DNA of 64,000 nucleotides from an uncultured archaeon (lineage in GTDB: Archaea > Aenigmatarchaeota > Aenigmatarchaeia > QMZP01 > JAFGSV01), in NCBI GenBank assembly GCA_964559215.1, contig CAZLFZ010000001.1:3985-67984 (forward strand). Reading direction: 5' to 3'. The stretch's first letter is position 1; the number at the start of each line of letters is the position of its first letter. The translations under genes and the position numbers were made by a program. This document shows, one piece after another, positions 36,994 to 47,202 of the stretch. The notes beneath the pieces were generated by a model, which saw only the letters and a program-made list of their open reading frames with translations, ran no database searches and was not told the DNA's origin.

Positions 36994-37836
36994 CTATCTG
37001 CCGCCATCCTCTTCATGCCTTTTTATCTTGCGCATCATCCTTTCTCTTTCCTTGATGTGCATATCCATGTCGAGGAATTTCAGCAGTTCCCTCTCTGTAT
37101 GCAGTATGGTTTTCCACTTGCCTATGTCCAGATACCTGCCTCGCAGGACAAGCCCGCGGACCTTTTCCCCATTACGCAGCGCCAGTCCTATTGCATCCGT
37201 TACATAAATTTCCCCCTTTAAGCCCGGCCTTGTCTTTTCCAGATATTTGAAAATTTGCGGCTCGAATATGTAGGCTCCGCACATCGCGTAATACCCGTTG
37301 TTTGTCTTGTATTCTGCTGCCTGCCTGGCGGTGGGTTTCTCTTTAACCTTTTCTATCTCTCCTTTCCCGTTCTGGATGTTTTTGAATTTTGCCAGCCCGT
37401 AACCCTTGGGGTTATCGACTTCGAACAAAAGCAGCGTCGCTACAGGCCCGTGCCTTTTATGATCCCTGATCAGCTCCAGGATCTCCTTTTTGGGTTCTAT
37501 GAACGAGTCTCCCAGCAGTGTTATAAAGGTTGTGTTTATCCAGTCTTTTGCCTGGTAGATGGCATGCCCCAGGCCCAGTCTTTTCATCTGGTACACGTAT
37601 GCGACATTCACGCCGAAAAAAGAGCCGTCTCCTATGTAATCCATCAATGCCCCCTTCTGGTATCCTACCACCATGAATATCTTTTTTATCCCCCCTGCAC
37701 GCAGATTATCGACGCAGTGCTCTATAACGGCTTTGCCCAGTATGGGATACATTTCCTTGGGAACCGCCCGGGCGAAGGGATAAAGCCTGGTGCCGCTCCC
37801 TGCCGCAGGTATCAAGCCTACAGTTTCTCTTTCCAT
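36994..37836 (-). CDS. UTP--glucose-1-phosphate uridylyltransferase (GalU-like sugar-1-phosphate nucleotidyltransferase)
   Basis: '[34 protein letters not shown]' matches the GalU signature '[23 protein letters not shown]'. 280 aa. Confidence 0.6.
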   Translation of the reverse strand: MERETVGLIPAAGSGTRLYPFARAVPKEMYPILGKAVIEHCVDNLRAGGIKKIFMVVGYQKGALMDYIGDGSFFGVNVAYVYQMKRLGLGHAIYQAKDWINTTFITLLGDSFIEPKKEILELIRDHKRHGPVATLLLFEVDNPKGYGLAKFKNIQNGKGEIEKVKEKPTARQAAEYKTNNGYYAMCGAYIFEPQIFKYLEKTRPGLKGEIYVTDAIGLALRNGEKVRGLVLRGRYLDIGKWKTILHTERELLKFLDMDMHIKERERMMRKIKRHEEDGGR

Positions 37837-37922
37837 ATTATCTACTAATATTTCCCTTTTAATATTGGTTTATCTTTCTATAGCACTTTTTTGTAGCAAC
37901 CACTACATATTCAACGCGTCTT

Positions 37923-39815
37923 TCAATTACGGAAGTAGTTTATTCTATAAAAAATCAGAATTGCCACAGCGGTCATCCATGCCACTGAGGATATTAGAAC
38001 TCCCATCCAAAATACCGAAGGGGTTTTGAATTCGATGATGATATCCTCATCCTTGTCTGCATGGAAGCTCATGTGACCGCCATCTGACTCTAAAGGAACA
38101 GCCTTACCATAACTTGTTTTGGCTTCCCATGCAGGAAAATATGTCAACTTTATGGTATGCCGGCCATCAGCGACGGTTCTGACATGTATCCTCCTCGAAG
38201 AATAGGAAACTTCTACCAAATCATCAGGGAACATGGTGCGAGGGGTCTTAAAAAGGTAAATTTTTCCTGAGCTCATAATCTCTTCATATCCCAATTCTCT
38301 GAATGCTTTAGCCGCTTCGACTGAATCCGAAATGATGTATGCTGTCCCCAGGAATCTGCTTTTTTCATCGATATTTGAAAGGGTTATGGGTTCGTTGAAG
38401 AACTCGATTATGTATGTCGGTGTGAACTGCCATGACATGCTGGCGTCGCTTTCCATAAGGCCATACTTGACTATCCCCATCCGAGAGGCAATGGCCCTCG
38501 TATTCTCCGACCCGAATACCAGGAACCTTCTGTTGGTTTCTATGTTGCCCAATACATGCTCAATGTCGGAAACATCGTCAGTGGATTTCAATTGAACAGT
38601 CACGAATTCTTCGGCCTTCTGCAAAAAAGGAACTCCCAACCCATAAAAGAGTACAAAGCTTACCAGCAAGAATATCATCATCTTTCTGGCAACGCCGTGA
38701 CGTTCGAAGAAATGTGGGGAGTTGATCATGAGCATTAGCATGACGTACGTGCCCATGGCGTAAATCATCACTTCATTAGAGGTGCTGTATGAAAGGTTGA
38801 TAAGATTTGCCGCTGCCAGCAGGGAAATAAATACGAGTATGTACACGTAAATGAATGCAGGCCTTTCCCTTTTCCACATCTCCTTACCTGCAACCTTTGA
38901 GAATATCAACAAGGCGAAAAGGATTATTATTGGTGTGACGAGGATGCTCCAGCCGTATGTCATTTTAAATTCCCAGCGCCCCATCCCCCATCCGTAATCA
39001 ATGTAATACAATGCGTACAAGAACCAGAACGCCACCATCGCCATCGAAGCAACCGGAATGAGGAAATAGGAAAATGACATCTTGTATTCGCGTTTAACCA
39101 GGCTGAAAAGCAGATACATTCCTATCATACCTGTGGCCAATATGAAAGGTAAATAGTGCGAGAGGAGCGATAATGAAAGGGCCGCCCCGGAATATACAGC
39201 AAACCTGACATCGCGGGTGTCCCTGTATCTGATGAAGAAATAAAGGAATGCTATCACAAAGGTCCATGAAGTCAATTCTGCAAACCTTCCCAATTTAAGG
39301 AACTGGTGTATGAAGAAAGGGTTGGCTCCCCACAGCAAGGCAACAATTATCGACTTTTTCCGGTCGAAGCCTCGAAGCTTGTACAATATCAGATAAATCA
39401 TTATCATCTGGGCAACGACATGCAGGATGAAAGTTACCCCTATTGAATATGATGCACCCAATAGTGGGTAAAATATCGCTGCCGTAAAGAATCCGAGCGG
39501 GGGGTAGAATGTCAATGCCAGATATCCGTTACAGGTCTGGTCGCTCCACAAGTATTGGCCCGTTGCAGCAAAGTATACCCTTGGCACAAAGTTTTGCAGG
39601 TCATTGTTGACTATATATGTCACGTCCGGTATCAACAGCTGCGAAAGGATGCGTGACAGGATTATGATGAGAACAAATGCCATGATTAAGTCCAAGTTGA
39701 ATTTCATACATAATATACAGTACGAAATTAAAATATAAGTTGTCTCGCCAATACTATTTTTGATGATATGCTTGGCGTTCACCGTTTCTCTGTTAAGGAG
39801 AAACTTCCCTTGCAC
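37923..39815 (-). CDS. Large polytopic membrane protein with ~200-aa extracytoplasmic C-terminal domain; GT-C-like glycosyltransferase/polymerase candidate
   Basis: 630-aa ORF (the true start is probably an internal Met near 39707) with 12 or more hydrophobic helices. No WWDYG motif. Lies between the GalU-like gene and the FAD oxidoreductase. Confidence 0.35.
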   Translation of the reverse strand: MQGKFLLNRETVNAKHIIKNSIGETTYILISYCILCMKFNLDLIMAFVLIIILSRILSQLLIPDVTYIVNNDLQNFVPRVYFAATGQYLWSDQTCNGYLALTFYPPLGFFTAAIFYPLLGASYSIGVTFILHVVAQMIMIYLILYKLRGFDRKKSIIVALLWGANPFFIHQFLKLGRFAELTSWTFVIAFLYFFIRYRDTRDVRFAVYSGAALSLSLLSHYLPFILATGMIGMYLLFSLVKREYKMSFSYFLIPVASMAMVAFWFLYALYYIDYGWGMGRWEFKMTYGWSILVTPIIILFALLIFSKVAGKEMWKRERPAFIYVYILVFISLLAAANLINLSYSTSNEVMIYAMGTYVMLMLMINSPHFFERHGVARKMMIFLLVSFVLFYGLGVPFLQKAEEFVTVQLKSTDDVSDIEHVLGNIETNRRFLVFGSENTRAIASRMGIVKYGLMESDASMSWQFTPTYIIEFFNEPITLSNIDEKSRFLGTAYIISDSVEAAKAFRELGYEEIMSSGKIYLFKTPRTMFPDDLVEVSYSSRRIHVRTVADGRHTIKLTYFPAWEAKTSYGKAVPLESDGGHMSFHADKDEDIIIEFKTPSVFWMGVLISSVAWMTAVAILIFYRINYFRN

Positions 39816-39920
39816 TTTGGCTTGGTTATCCAGTTTGGATTTAAGCTTAATAAAATCGCGGTGTAAAACTCATATTAAAAAACTAAAGCTTCAGTAGTTT
39901 TTAATTATTTCAATTATAGG

Positions 39921-41390
39921 TTGGATAAAATGAAAAAAGATTTGCAGGATGGGATTGTGAAAAAATCGAAGGTCGAAAAACCTGTGGTCATTGTTGGTGC
40001 AGGCCTTGCGGGGCTTTCCGCTGCCTACAAATTGCAACAAGCCCCTAATCATAATTTTATTGTTTACGAGAAGGGGAGTTTCATTGGTGGCCACTCCCGA
40101 ACGGAAAAATTTAAAGACTTCAGATTTGACCTCGGTGGTCATAGGTTCTATACGAAAAAAAAATATATAGAAAATATTGTCCGCAAACTTATTGGAAAAG
40201 ACGTCTTGACTGTGGACAGGCTCAGCCGTATACTTTTTAAAGGCCGCTTCGTGGACTATCCATTGAGCGCTTTCAATACACTGCGTGCCCTTGGAATATA
40301 CGGTGCCTGCAAGGCAATTATTGATTACTTGCTGGTGAAATCGAAAAACGTGTTGTCAAAAAAGGTGGGGGAGGTGACCTTTGAAGAATGGGCACTGAAT
40401 AGGTTCGGGAAATATCTTTACAATGTTTATTTCAAAATATATACGGAAAAAATGTGGGGCGTCCCTTGCGATGAACTGTCCGCAGACTTTGCGGAACAGA
40501 GAATAAAGGGTTTGTCGTTTAGGGAGGCAATCAAAGACGCACTTACTAAAAAGGGGGACAGTGTTGAGTTAATAAGGAGTTTCTTATACCCCAGGTTTGG
40601 TTTCGGTGAAATCCCTAAAGCCTTGGCCAGGACTGTTCTCCCTCCGAACAGGATAATTTTGAACCATGAAGTCGTTGAGGTTAGCCACGACGGTGAAAGG
40701 ATATTATCAGTAAAGGTTCAAGGCAAAGGAAATGCGAAAAAGAAACAGGAGTGTTCCAGCCTGATAAACTGCATGCCGCTTGGAGATTTTTTAAGAACAC
40801 TTAAGCCAGCCGCACCAGAAGGGGCAATCAAAGCCGCTGACGAGCTTATTTATCGTGAAATAGTCATTCTTTTACTTACGCTGAACGTTGAAAGAATCAC
40901 CCCTGACCACTGGATTTACATATCCTCAGGGGATATACCCTTCATAAGGATACATGAACCTAAGAACTGGAGCCCTGAGATGTCCCCCCCAAAAGAGACA
41001 TCACTGGTGATTGAATTCTCCTGTACTGAGGGCGACCGCTATTGGGAAATGAAACCGAATGATCTTGCAGAAGAAGGAATTTCGAATCTCGTTAAAATGG
41101 GTCTGATAAAACGGGAATGGGTGACCGATTTCACAACAGCACGCATGAAGAAGGCATATCCGGTATACAAGGTTGGTTATACCAAACACCTCGATGAGAT
41201 CAACAAATATTTGAGCCGTTTCTCCAATCTCTATAATATTGGGCGCAATCCTTCTTTCGTATACAACAGCGGGGACCATTATATGGACATGGGTATCAAG
41301 GCTGCAGAAAACATTCTCGGCCATAGGCATGATTTGTCAAAAATAGGCCTGGAGCACGGCTATGCCGAAACCTGGAATGATAGAAAATGA
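39921..41390 (+). CDS. FAD-dependent oxidoreductase (amine-oxidase/UDP-galactopyranose-mutase-like fold)
   Basis: 'VVIVGAGLAGLSAAYKL' dinucleotide-binding motif. 'GGHSRT...FRFDLGGHRF' resembles Glf/PPOX-family FAD enzymes. 489 aa. Confidence 0.5.
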   Translation: MDKMKKDLQDGIVKKSKVEKPVVIVGAGLAGLSAAYKLQQAPNHNFIVYEKGSFIGGHSRTEKFKDFRFDLGGHRFYTKKKYIENIVRKLIGKDVLTVDRLSRILFKGRFVDYPLSAFNTLRALGIYGACKAIIDYLLVKSKNVLSKKVGEVTFEEWALNRFGKYLYNVYFKIYTEKMWGVPCDELSADFAEQRIKGLSFREAIKDALTKKGDSVELIRSFLYPRFGFGEIPKALARTVLPPNRIILNHEVVEVSHDGERILSVKVQGKGNAKKKQECSSLINCMPLGDFLRTLKPAAPEGAIKAADELIYREIVILLLTLNVERITPDHWIYISSGDIPFIRIHEPKNWSPEMSPPKETSLVIEFSCTEGDRYWEMKPNDLAEEGISNLVKMGLIKREWVTDFTTARMKKAYPVYKVGYTKHLDEINKYLSRFSNLYNIGRNPSFVYNSGDHYMDMGIKAAENILGHRHDLSKIGLEHGYAETWNDRK

Positions 41391-41631
41391 AGATACCGAA
41401 AACCATCTTCTGAGCATCAAACAATTTTATTGGGAACGTCAATGGAAAATCCAGTTTTTACGGATACAGAGATTGCTGAAAATTGGTTGGTGTTGAATAA
41501 AAGGGCTTCATAAATCATAATCTACATAATCCTTGTAGCGGCCTATTACCTTTCATTTTTTAAGAAGGTTTGCAGGGTAGCATGAAGTTCTTTAAAGATA
41601 TTATAAGATTGAATGTGACCTATTCAGCAGA

Positions 41632-42582
41632 TTATTTGATTTTTATCGGGTCACGAATCCACAGGAGCATACCCACAAAGCCGTTTACCAGATAAATCAT
41701 GATGAAAATAAGAAGTGACAAGGATACCGCCGTCTCAGCGGATGCTCCATTCAGTGAAAAGAAAAATACCAGTGCTGCTTCTCTGGTCCCAATACCAGAA
41801 AAGGAAACGGGCAGGGCATCAAGGAGTGCTACAGCAGGAACTATGGCGAAAAAGAATAGAAACGGCAATTCTATATTAAGGGCAAGTGAAAACAAATAAT
41901 ATTGCAAAATCACTACGATCCATGCAACAAATGCTACAAACACTGTAATTGCTATGTTATATTTGCTGATTAAATCGATCCCGTGATAGAAATCGTGGAA
42001 CACCCTGCTAAGATCGGCTTGGTATTTGGCAGGCGTTACTCTTTTCGACAGTGGTTTCAGAACGAATCTTGTGAAGCTTTTCTTTGAAAAAGCGGATAGC
42101 CCCAACAAGAAGATAATGAACAGGAATATTATGTAGAACAATATCTCCCATGCCTTGGAAAATACGGTTGCTATCATCACTAACCCCACAGATGCGAGAA
42201 AGAACAACATACCGATATCCACAATCCTGTCCGCAATGACCGTTGTAAGGGAACTGCCCATATTGATGTTGCCCTCTCTCCTTAGGTAATATGCTCTTGA
42301 CAGGTCACCGATCCTTCCTGGGGTTATTATTCCCAGAAAGAATCCTATTAGCCACGCCTTTGCGGCGCTCATCAGAGAGAATTTCGTTTCATACGACTTT
42401 ATTATAATCTTCCATTTAACCGCTCTAAGTAAAATTGCCGGTATCAAAAGGCTCAGAGACAGAAAAACGTATTCAAGTCTGATTCTTGCGAATAGGCCGA
42501 TAATCACGTTCAGGTCGATGTTCACAAGTATTGAAACGAACAATAAAATTCCGATCAGGGGGAGAAATTTCCTTTTTTCCAT
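41632..42582 (-). CDS. UPF0104 / flippase-like integral membrane protein (paralog of 19066-20004)
   Basis: 'GIITPGRIGDLSRAYYL' and 'SFSGIGTREAALVFFF' motifs are shared with the other copy. 316 aa with 8 TM helices. Confidence 0.5.
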   Translation of the reverse strand: MEKRKFLPLIGILLFVSILVNIDLNVIIGLFARIRLEYVFLSLSLLIPAILLRAVKWKIIIKSYETKFSLMSAAKAWLIGFFLGIITPGRIGDLSRAYYLRREGNINMGSSLTTVIADRIVDIGMLFFLASVGLVMIATVFSKAWEILFYIIFLFIIFLLGLSAFSKKSFTRFVLKPLSKRVTPAKYQADLSRVFHDFYHGIDLISKYNIAITVFVAFVAWIVVILQYYLFSLALNIELPFLFFFAIVPAVALLDALPVSFSGIGTREAALVFFFSLNGASAETAVSLSLLIFIMIYLVNGFVGMLLWIRDPIKIK

Positions 42583-42837
42583 AATGCTATCCTAACGAAT
42601 ATATAACATAAAGTGTCATCCATTAATTAAATATTGCTGATGACGAAAATTTATAATCTCTTATTTCGGTTTAAGACTTGCGAAAATATGGCCCTGCGTT
42701 TGTCTTCTTATGATTATACATCTTGTGGGGGGATGGAAAAAAACAGCAAGGTATTTTTTCAAAAAAGAGGGCACTGTTTGCTTTTAAATGGTTTTGGCAG
42801 TTTGATTCTTTATAAAGAATTTGTTGTTCCAAAGCTT

Positions 42838-44130
42838 CTACCAGCAGACACCCTCGAACTTCTTGACCTTTCCCGGGTCCAGGACCTTTCTGCCTTCTAT
42901 TATCACTTTTCCGAGCATGACATTAAAATCTTCATCGGTAAGGCTTTTGAACTCGGGCCATTCCGTCAAAATCAGGCACGCATCCGCGCCTTCCAATGCT
43001 TCTTTCGCGTGCATACAATAGGTTATGTTTTTATAAATCCTTTTGAAGTTTTCCGCTGCCTGCGGATCGTAGGCCTTTATTTTGGCCTTTTTGTGTAGCA
43101 AGGCCCCAACTATCTTTAACGAGCACGCCTCTCTTATATCATCCGTTCCGGGCTTGAACGCCAACCCCAGAACGGCGATTGTTTTGCCTTTGAGATTGGG
43201 TATGCGCTTTTTCAGCATCTCTATCACTAGCAGCGGCTGCTCCTTGTTTACCTTCTCGACAGCATCCATCATCTCCATCTTAAGGCCCGACTTTTTCCCT
43301 TTCGCGATTATGGCCTTCACGTCTTTGGGAAAGCACGAACCCCCGTAACCAATGCCAGAATCAAGGAATTTCCTCTCTATCCTGCCGTCGTATCCCATCC
43401 CGGCGGCAACCTCGTATGCGTCTATTCCTAGTTTTTTACACAGGTTTCCCAGCTCATTCGAGAATGATATTTTGGCGGCAAGAAATGCGTTGCTCGCGTA
43501 CTTTATCATCTCGGCTGTCCTGGGGTTCGTTTCCATCACCGGGCATTTGAAATCCTTGTAAAGCCTGCCGACCCTTTCTATCGACTCTTCGTCAATCCCC
43601 CCTATCACTATCCTGTCGGGGTTCATGAAATCAGCAACGGCTTTGCTCTCCTTGAGGAATTCCGGGTTCATGGCCACGCCGAAATCCCTGCCGGCCTCTT
43701 TTCCTGAGAATTTTTCAAGCATGGACAACACGACATCTTCAGTTGTCCCCGGCGTCACAGTGGACTTTACAACCACCGTGTGATACGCGCCTTTTTCTTT
43801 GAGCGCTTTGCCTATGTCCTCGGCGGCCTTTTTTACGTAAACCATGTCTATGCTGCCATCTCTTCTTGACGGGGTCCCCACGGCTATGAACGTCATGTCA
43901 GAATCGATCACCGCCTTCTCGAGGCGCGTGGTGGCGTGCAATCTCCCGTGCCCGATATTCTTCTTGAGCATCCTGTCCAGGTTTTCCTCGTATATAGGCG
44001 CTATCCCCCCGTTGATCTTGTCCACCTTGTCCCGGATGACGTCCACCAGAATTACGCTGTTTCCCATTTCTGCAAAGCAAACGCCGCTTATTAAACCAAC
44101 ATAGCCGCAGCCGATGATTGAGATGCGCAT
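42838..44130 (-). CDS. UDP-glucose 6-dehydrogenase
   Basis: 'MRISIIGCGYVGLISGVCFAEMGNSV' and catalytic Cys box 'GYGGSCFPKDVKAI'. 430 aa. Confidence 0.75.
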   Translation of the reverse strand: MRISIIGCGYVGLISGVCFAEMGNSVILVDVIRDKVDKINGGIAPIYEENLDRMLKKNIGHGRLHATTRLEKAVIDSDMTFIAVGTPSRRDGSIDMVYVKKAAEDIGKALKEKGAYHTVVVKSTVTPGTTEDVVLSMLEKFSGKEAGRDFGVAMNPEFLKESKAVADFMNPDRIVIGGIDEESIERVGRLYKDFKCPVMETNPRTAEMIKYASNAFLAAKISFSNELGNLCKKLGIDAYEVAAGMGYDGRIERKFLDSGIGYGGSCFPKDVKAIIAKGKKSGLKMEMMDAVEKVNKEQPLLVIEMLKKRIPNLKGKTIAVLGLAFKPGTDDIREACSLKIVGALLHKKAKIKAYDPQAAENFKRIYKNITYCMHAKEALEGADACLILTEWPEFKSLTDEDFNVMLGKVIIEGRKVLDPGKVKKFEGVCW

Positions 44131-44245
44131 AGAATTATGTTTCAGGTAGTAATTTATATAATTTCCCTTGATTGCGTATCGTTTGGCAAATTTGGTGTGA
44201 ATCGTGCTGATTGGCTTTTTTTAAGTATTACTTCAATATTACTCC

Positions 44246-45079
44246 ATGCGCAAAAAACGGATTTCCATGACCATATCACCCGAGGTTCTGGGCAGGCTTG
44301 ATTCGATAGTCGACGGCAACGTGATACGGTCCAGGTCCGAGGCCATAGAGACCATAATGTCCCAGTATCTGGAAGCCAACAAGACCGCCGTCTTTCTCGG
44401 TGGAGGCGATCTCGAGAGCCTTTTAATAAACGATCAACTTAAACCGCTGCTCAAAATAAAGGGGAAATGCCTGATTGAGTATAATGTGGAGATGCTGAAA
44501 AAAGCGGGTTTCAGGAAGGTATACGTAATAGGGAAAAGCGAGCTCATAGGGGAATGCTTCAAGCTGCTCGGCAACGGTTCAAAGCAGGGCGTCAGCATAG
44601 AGTATATAGAGGAAACGAAAACGCTGGGCAACGCGAAAACCCTGCAGTTGGCGGAGCCGTACATAAAGTCGAGCTTTCTTGTCCTGCCTGTAGACAATTT
44701 CTTCGGTTTTGATCTCAACTATCTCGCCAAGGCCCACATGCATGGCAACAGCACGGCAACGCTCGCAGTGCAGGCGAACAGGGGCTCCGTGACAGACCTG
44801 GGTGTTGTCGATATGGTTGGAAACCGGATAATAGATTACGAGGAGAGGCCTGTGAAACCGAAAACGTTCCTTACAGCCACATTCATAGGCATGTACGAGC
44901 CGCGCGTGTTCGAGTATATACCGCGCGGCAAGATGAAATGGGTCCTGCAGACCAACGTCTTCGGCAAGCTGGTAGCTGAAAACGCGCTGTATGGCTGCAT
45001 AGTCCCGGGCTTTTACATGAATATAGACACGGAGAAGGATGTGAAGAGCGTTGAGGATTTCCTGCGCAGGAATAAGTAA
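44246..45079 (+). CDS. Fusion of an N-terminal ribbon-helix-helix (CopG/NikR-like) domain with a sugar-phosphate nucleotidyltransferase domain
   Basis: N-terminus 'RISMTISPEVLGRLDSIVDGNVIRSRSEAIETIM' (beta-strand then two helices, RHH pattern). After that, 'AVFLGGGDLESL...KPLLKIKGKCLIEYNVEMLKKAGFRKVYVI' is an NTP-transferase fold. Confidence 0.5.
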   Translation: MRKKRISMTISPEVLGRLDSIVDGNVIRSRSEAIETIMSQYLEANKTAVFLGGGDLESLLINDQLKPLLKIKGKCLIEYNVEMLKKAGFRKVYVIGKSELIGECFKLLGNGSKQGVSIEYIEETKTLGNAKTLQLAEPYIKSSFLVLPVDNFFGFDLNYLAKAHMHGNSTATLAVQANRGSVTDLGVVDMVGNRIIDYEERPVKPKTFLTATFIGMYEPRVFEYIPRGKMKWVLQTNVFGKLVAENALYGCIVPGFYMNIDTEKDVKSVEDFLRRNK

Positions 45080-45148
45080 TACTAAAGTATTACCTGATAA
45101 TAAATAGTTATTTAAAGGTCCGGAATCAATTTCTCCTCAGGTGTTACT

Positions 45149-46483
45149 ATGGGGCTCAAGGAATATCTGCTTAACGGCGACAAAAATGTAGGTATATGGG
45201 GGACCGGATTCATCGGATTCACTACCATGGCCAACATGGCTTTCAACGGTGTTAGATGCATCGGATTTGACGTGGAGAAAGAAAAGGTTGATACGATAAA
45301 CAGGGGCGATATCCCCATAGAGAATCTTGAGTACTGGCTGGGCTTTGATATAAAGAACCTCGTGGGGAATGGTGTCCTCAAAGCGACGACGGATTGGAAA
45401 GAAATGCTGAGCAGTGACATTGCTGTCCATTTCGTCTGCATCCCGACAGAAAGGGGTGGTAAGCCATATGACGACATCCTTGTGGACGTGATAAAGAAGA
45501 TAACGCATCTCAAAGATGTGAAATACGACAAGCCTCCCATAGTTATAGTGGAATCCACGCTTACGCCAGGAAGGAGCGACCAGATAGTTCTTCCAATCTT
45601 CAGGGATGCTGGGATAGAAATAGGCAGGGACATACTTTACGGCGTTGCGCCCAGACGGGACTGGTTCGTCTCGCCTGAGAAAAGCCTGCTAAAGCTTCCG
45701 AGGGTTTTCGGGGGGACAAGCAAAAAAACGACCGACTTGATGCGGGAAGTCCTGTCCATTGTGTGCGAAAACCTTGTCCCGGCACCTGACCACAAGCATG
45801 CGGAGATGGTGAAGAGTATAGAGAACGCGTACAGGCACATGGACATAACGCTTGCCAACCAGCTTAGTCTCGCCTATCCGGGCGTGAACATGACGGAGGT
45901 GCTCAGGCTAGTCGGAACCAAGTGGAACGTGGAAACGTACCACCCGAGTTTCGGTACGGGTGGGTACTGCATTCCGTTATCAAGCCAGTACGTTTTGCTC
46001 GGTGCCAAGAGACCGGAGTATCTTACAATTTTGCGTGACACTATAGAATCGGATAAAAAACAGCCTGCTATAGTTGCGAAAAGCCTAGCCAAAAGAGGAA
46101 TCAGAAAAGTCGGAATTCTGGGGCTTGCCTATAAGGGCGACATAAAGGTCTCTATTCTGTCCCCTACTATCATGATAGCAAAAAAACTGCTTGAGTTGGG
46201 CGTTGATGTCAAGGTGAACGACCCTTACTACAGCAAGGCCGAGATCCTGAAAATAGCCGGGACAGACTCTTTCGAGTTTCCAGACGGCCTCAGGGAGTTC
46301 GACGCCGTATTGATAGTCGCTGACCACCAGCATTACAGATCCATGCCGCACAACGCCATTCTGGCTGCTCTCGGGGGCTGTAAGATTGTCCTGGACAACA
46401 CCGAAATCTGGTGCGACATCGACTTCAAAAGCAAGGGAATCGAGTATCACGTAGCGGGTGATGCAGAATGGATAAAGACGTAA
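45149..46483 (+). CDS. UDP-N-acetyl-D-hexosamine 6-dehydrogenase (WbpA/WecC-like nucleotide-sugar dehydrogenase)
   Basis: 'VGIWGTGFIGFTTMANMA' Rossmann motif and catalytic Cys 'SFGTGGYCIPLS'. 444 aa. Lies in the locus with WbpB/D/E homologs. Confidence 0.6.
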   Translation: MGLKEYLLNGDKNVGIWGTGFIGFTTMANMAFNGVRCIGFDVEKEKVDTINRGDIPIENLEYWLGFDIKNLVGNGVLKATTDWKEMLSSDIAVHFVCIPTERGGKPYDDILVDVIKKITHLKDVKYDKPPIVIVESTLTPGRSDQIVLPIFRDAGIEIGRDILYGVAPRRDWFVSPEKSLLKLPRVFGGTSKKTTDLMREVLSIVCENLVPAPDHKHAEMVKSIENAYRHMDITLANQLSLAYPGVNMTEVLRLVGTKWNVETYHPSFGTGGYCIPLSSQYVLLGAKRPEYLTILRDTIESDKKQPAIVAKSLAKRGIRKVGILGLAYKGDIKVSILSPTIMIAKKLLELGVDVKVNDPYYSKAEILKIAGTDSFEFPDGLREFDAVLIVADHQHYRSMPHNAILAALGGCKIVLDNTEIWCDIDFKSKGIEYHVAGDAEWIKT

Positions 46484-47202
46484 ACGAAATAAAAGATAAG
46501 ATAGTTGAATGGCTTAAGGAAAAGCTGAAAGAATCAGGCGCAGGCGGAGCTGTCATAGGGCTAAGCGGTGGTTTGGATTCGTCCGTTGTCGCTGTGCTCG
46601 CGAAAACCGCGCTTGGCGGCGATGTTCTTGGCGTGATAATGCCTTGTCAGTCCAACGATGAGGACACCGAACATGCGAGGATGCTTGCCAGGAAATTCGA
46701 CATAAAAACGGAATTTGTCGATCTCAAGCCTGTTTTTAACAAATTGAAACGAATTTTGCCACCCGGAGCTAGGCTTGCCGATGCAAACCTGAAGCCCAGG
46801 CTCAGGATGCTGACCCTGTACTATTTCGCCAATTTACATAACTATATCGTTCTGGGAACGGGCAACAAAACAGAAATAATGATAGGCTATGCCACCAAGC
46901 ATGGAGATGCAGGCTGCGACCTGCTTCCCTTGGGGAGCCTGTACAAGTCCCGGGTGAGGGAACTGGCTGGAATTCTTGGCGTCCCGGATGAGATAATCAG
47001 CAAGCCGCCATCTGCCGGTCTGTGGCATGGTCAGACAGATGAAGGTGAGATAGGCATGAGCTACGATGACCTGGACGAGACACTGCGCGCAATCGAAAAA
47101 AATGAAACTGCTGGCATTGATTCCAGCAAACTTATAAAGGTTAAAGCGATGGTTAAAAAATCACTGCATAAAAGACAGATACCGGAGATATTCAAGCCGT
47201 GA
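46468..47202 (+). CDS. nadE: NH3-dependent NAD+ synthetase
   Basis: 'AVIGLSGGLDSSVVAVLA' PP-loop (SGGxDS). 244 aa. Confidence 0.7.
   Translation: MDKDVNEIKDKIVEWLKEKLKESGAGGAVIGLSGGLDSSVVAVLAKTALGGDVLGVIMPCQSNDEDTEHARMLARKFDIKTEFVDLKPVFNKLKRILPPGARLADANLKPRLRMLTLYYFANLHNYIVLGTGNKTEIMIGYATKHGDAGCDLLPLGSLYKSRVRELAGILGVPDEIISKPPSAGLWHGQTDEGEIGMSYDDLDETLRAIEKNETAGIDSSKLIKVKAMVKKSLHKRQIPEIFKP

Noticed and set aside
37923-39815. Calling either large membrane protein the oligosaccharyltransferase AglB
   Set aside because: Neither contains the WWDYG catalytic motif. 'YIDYGWGMGRW' in 37923-39815 is only superficially similar.
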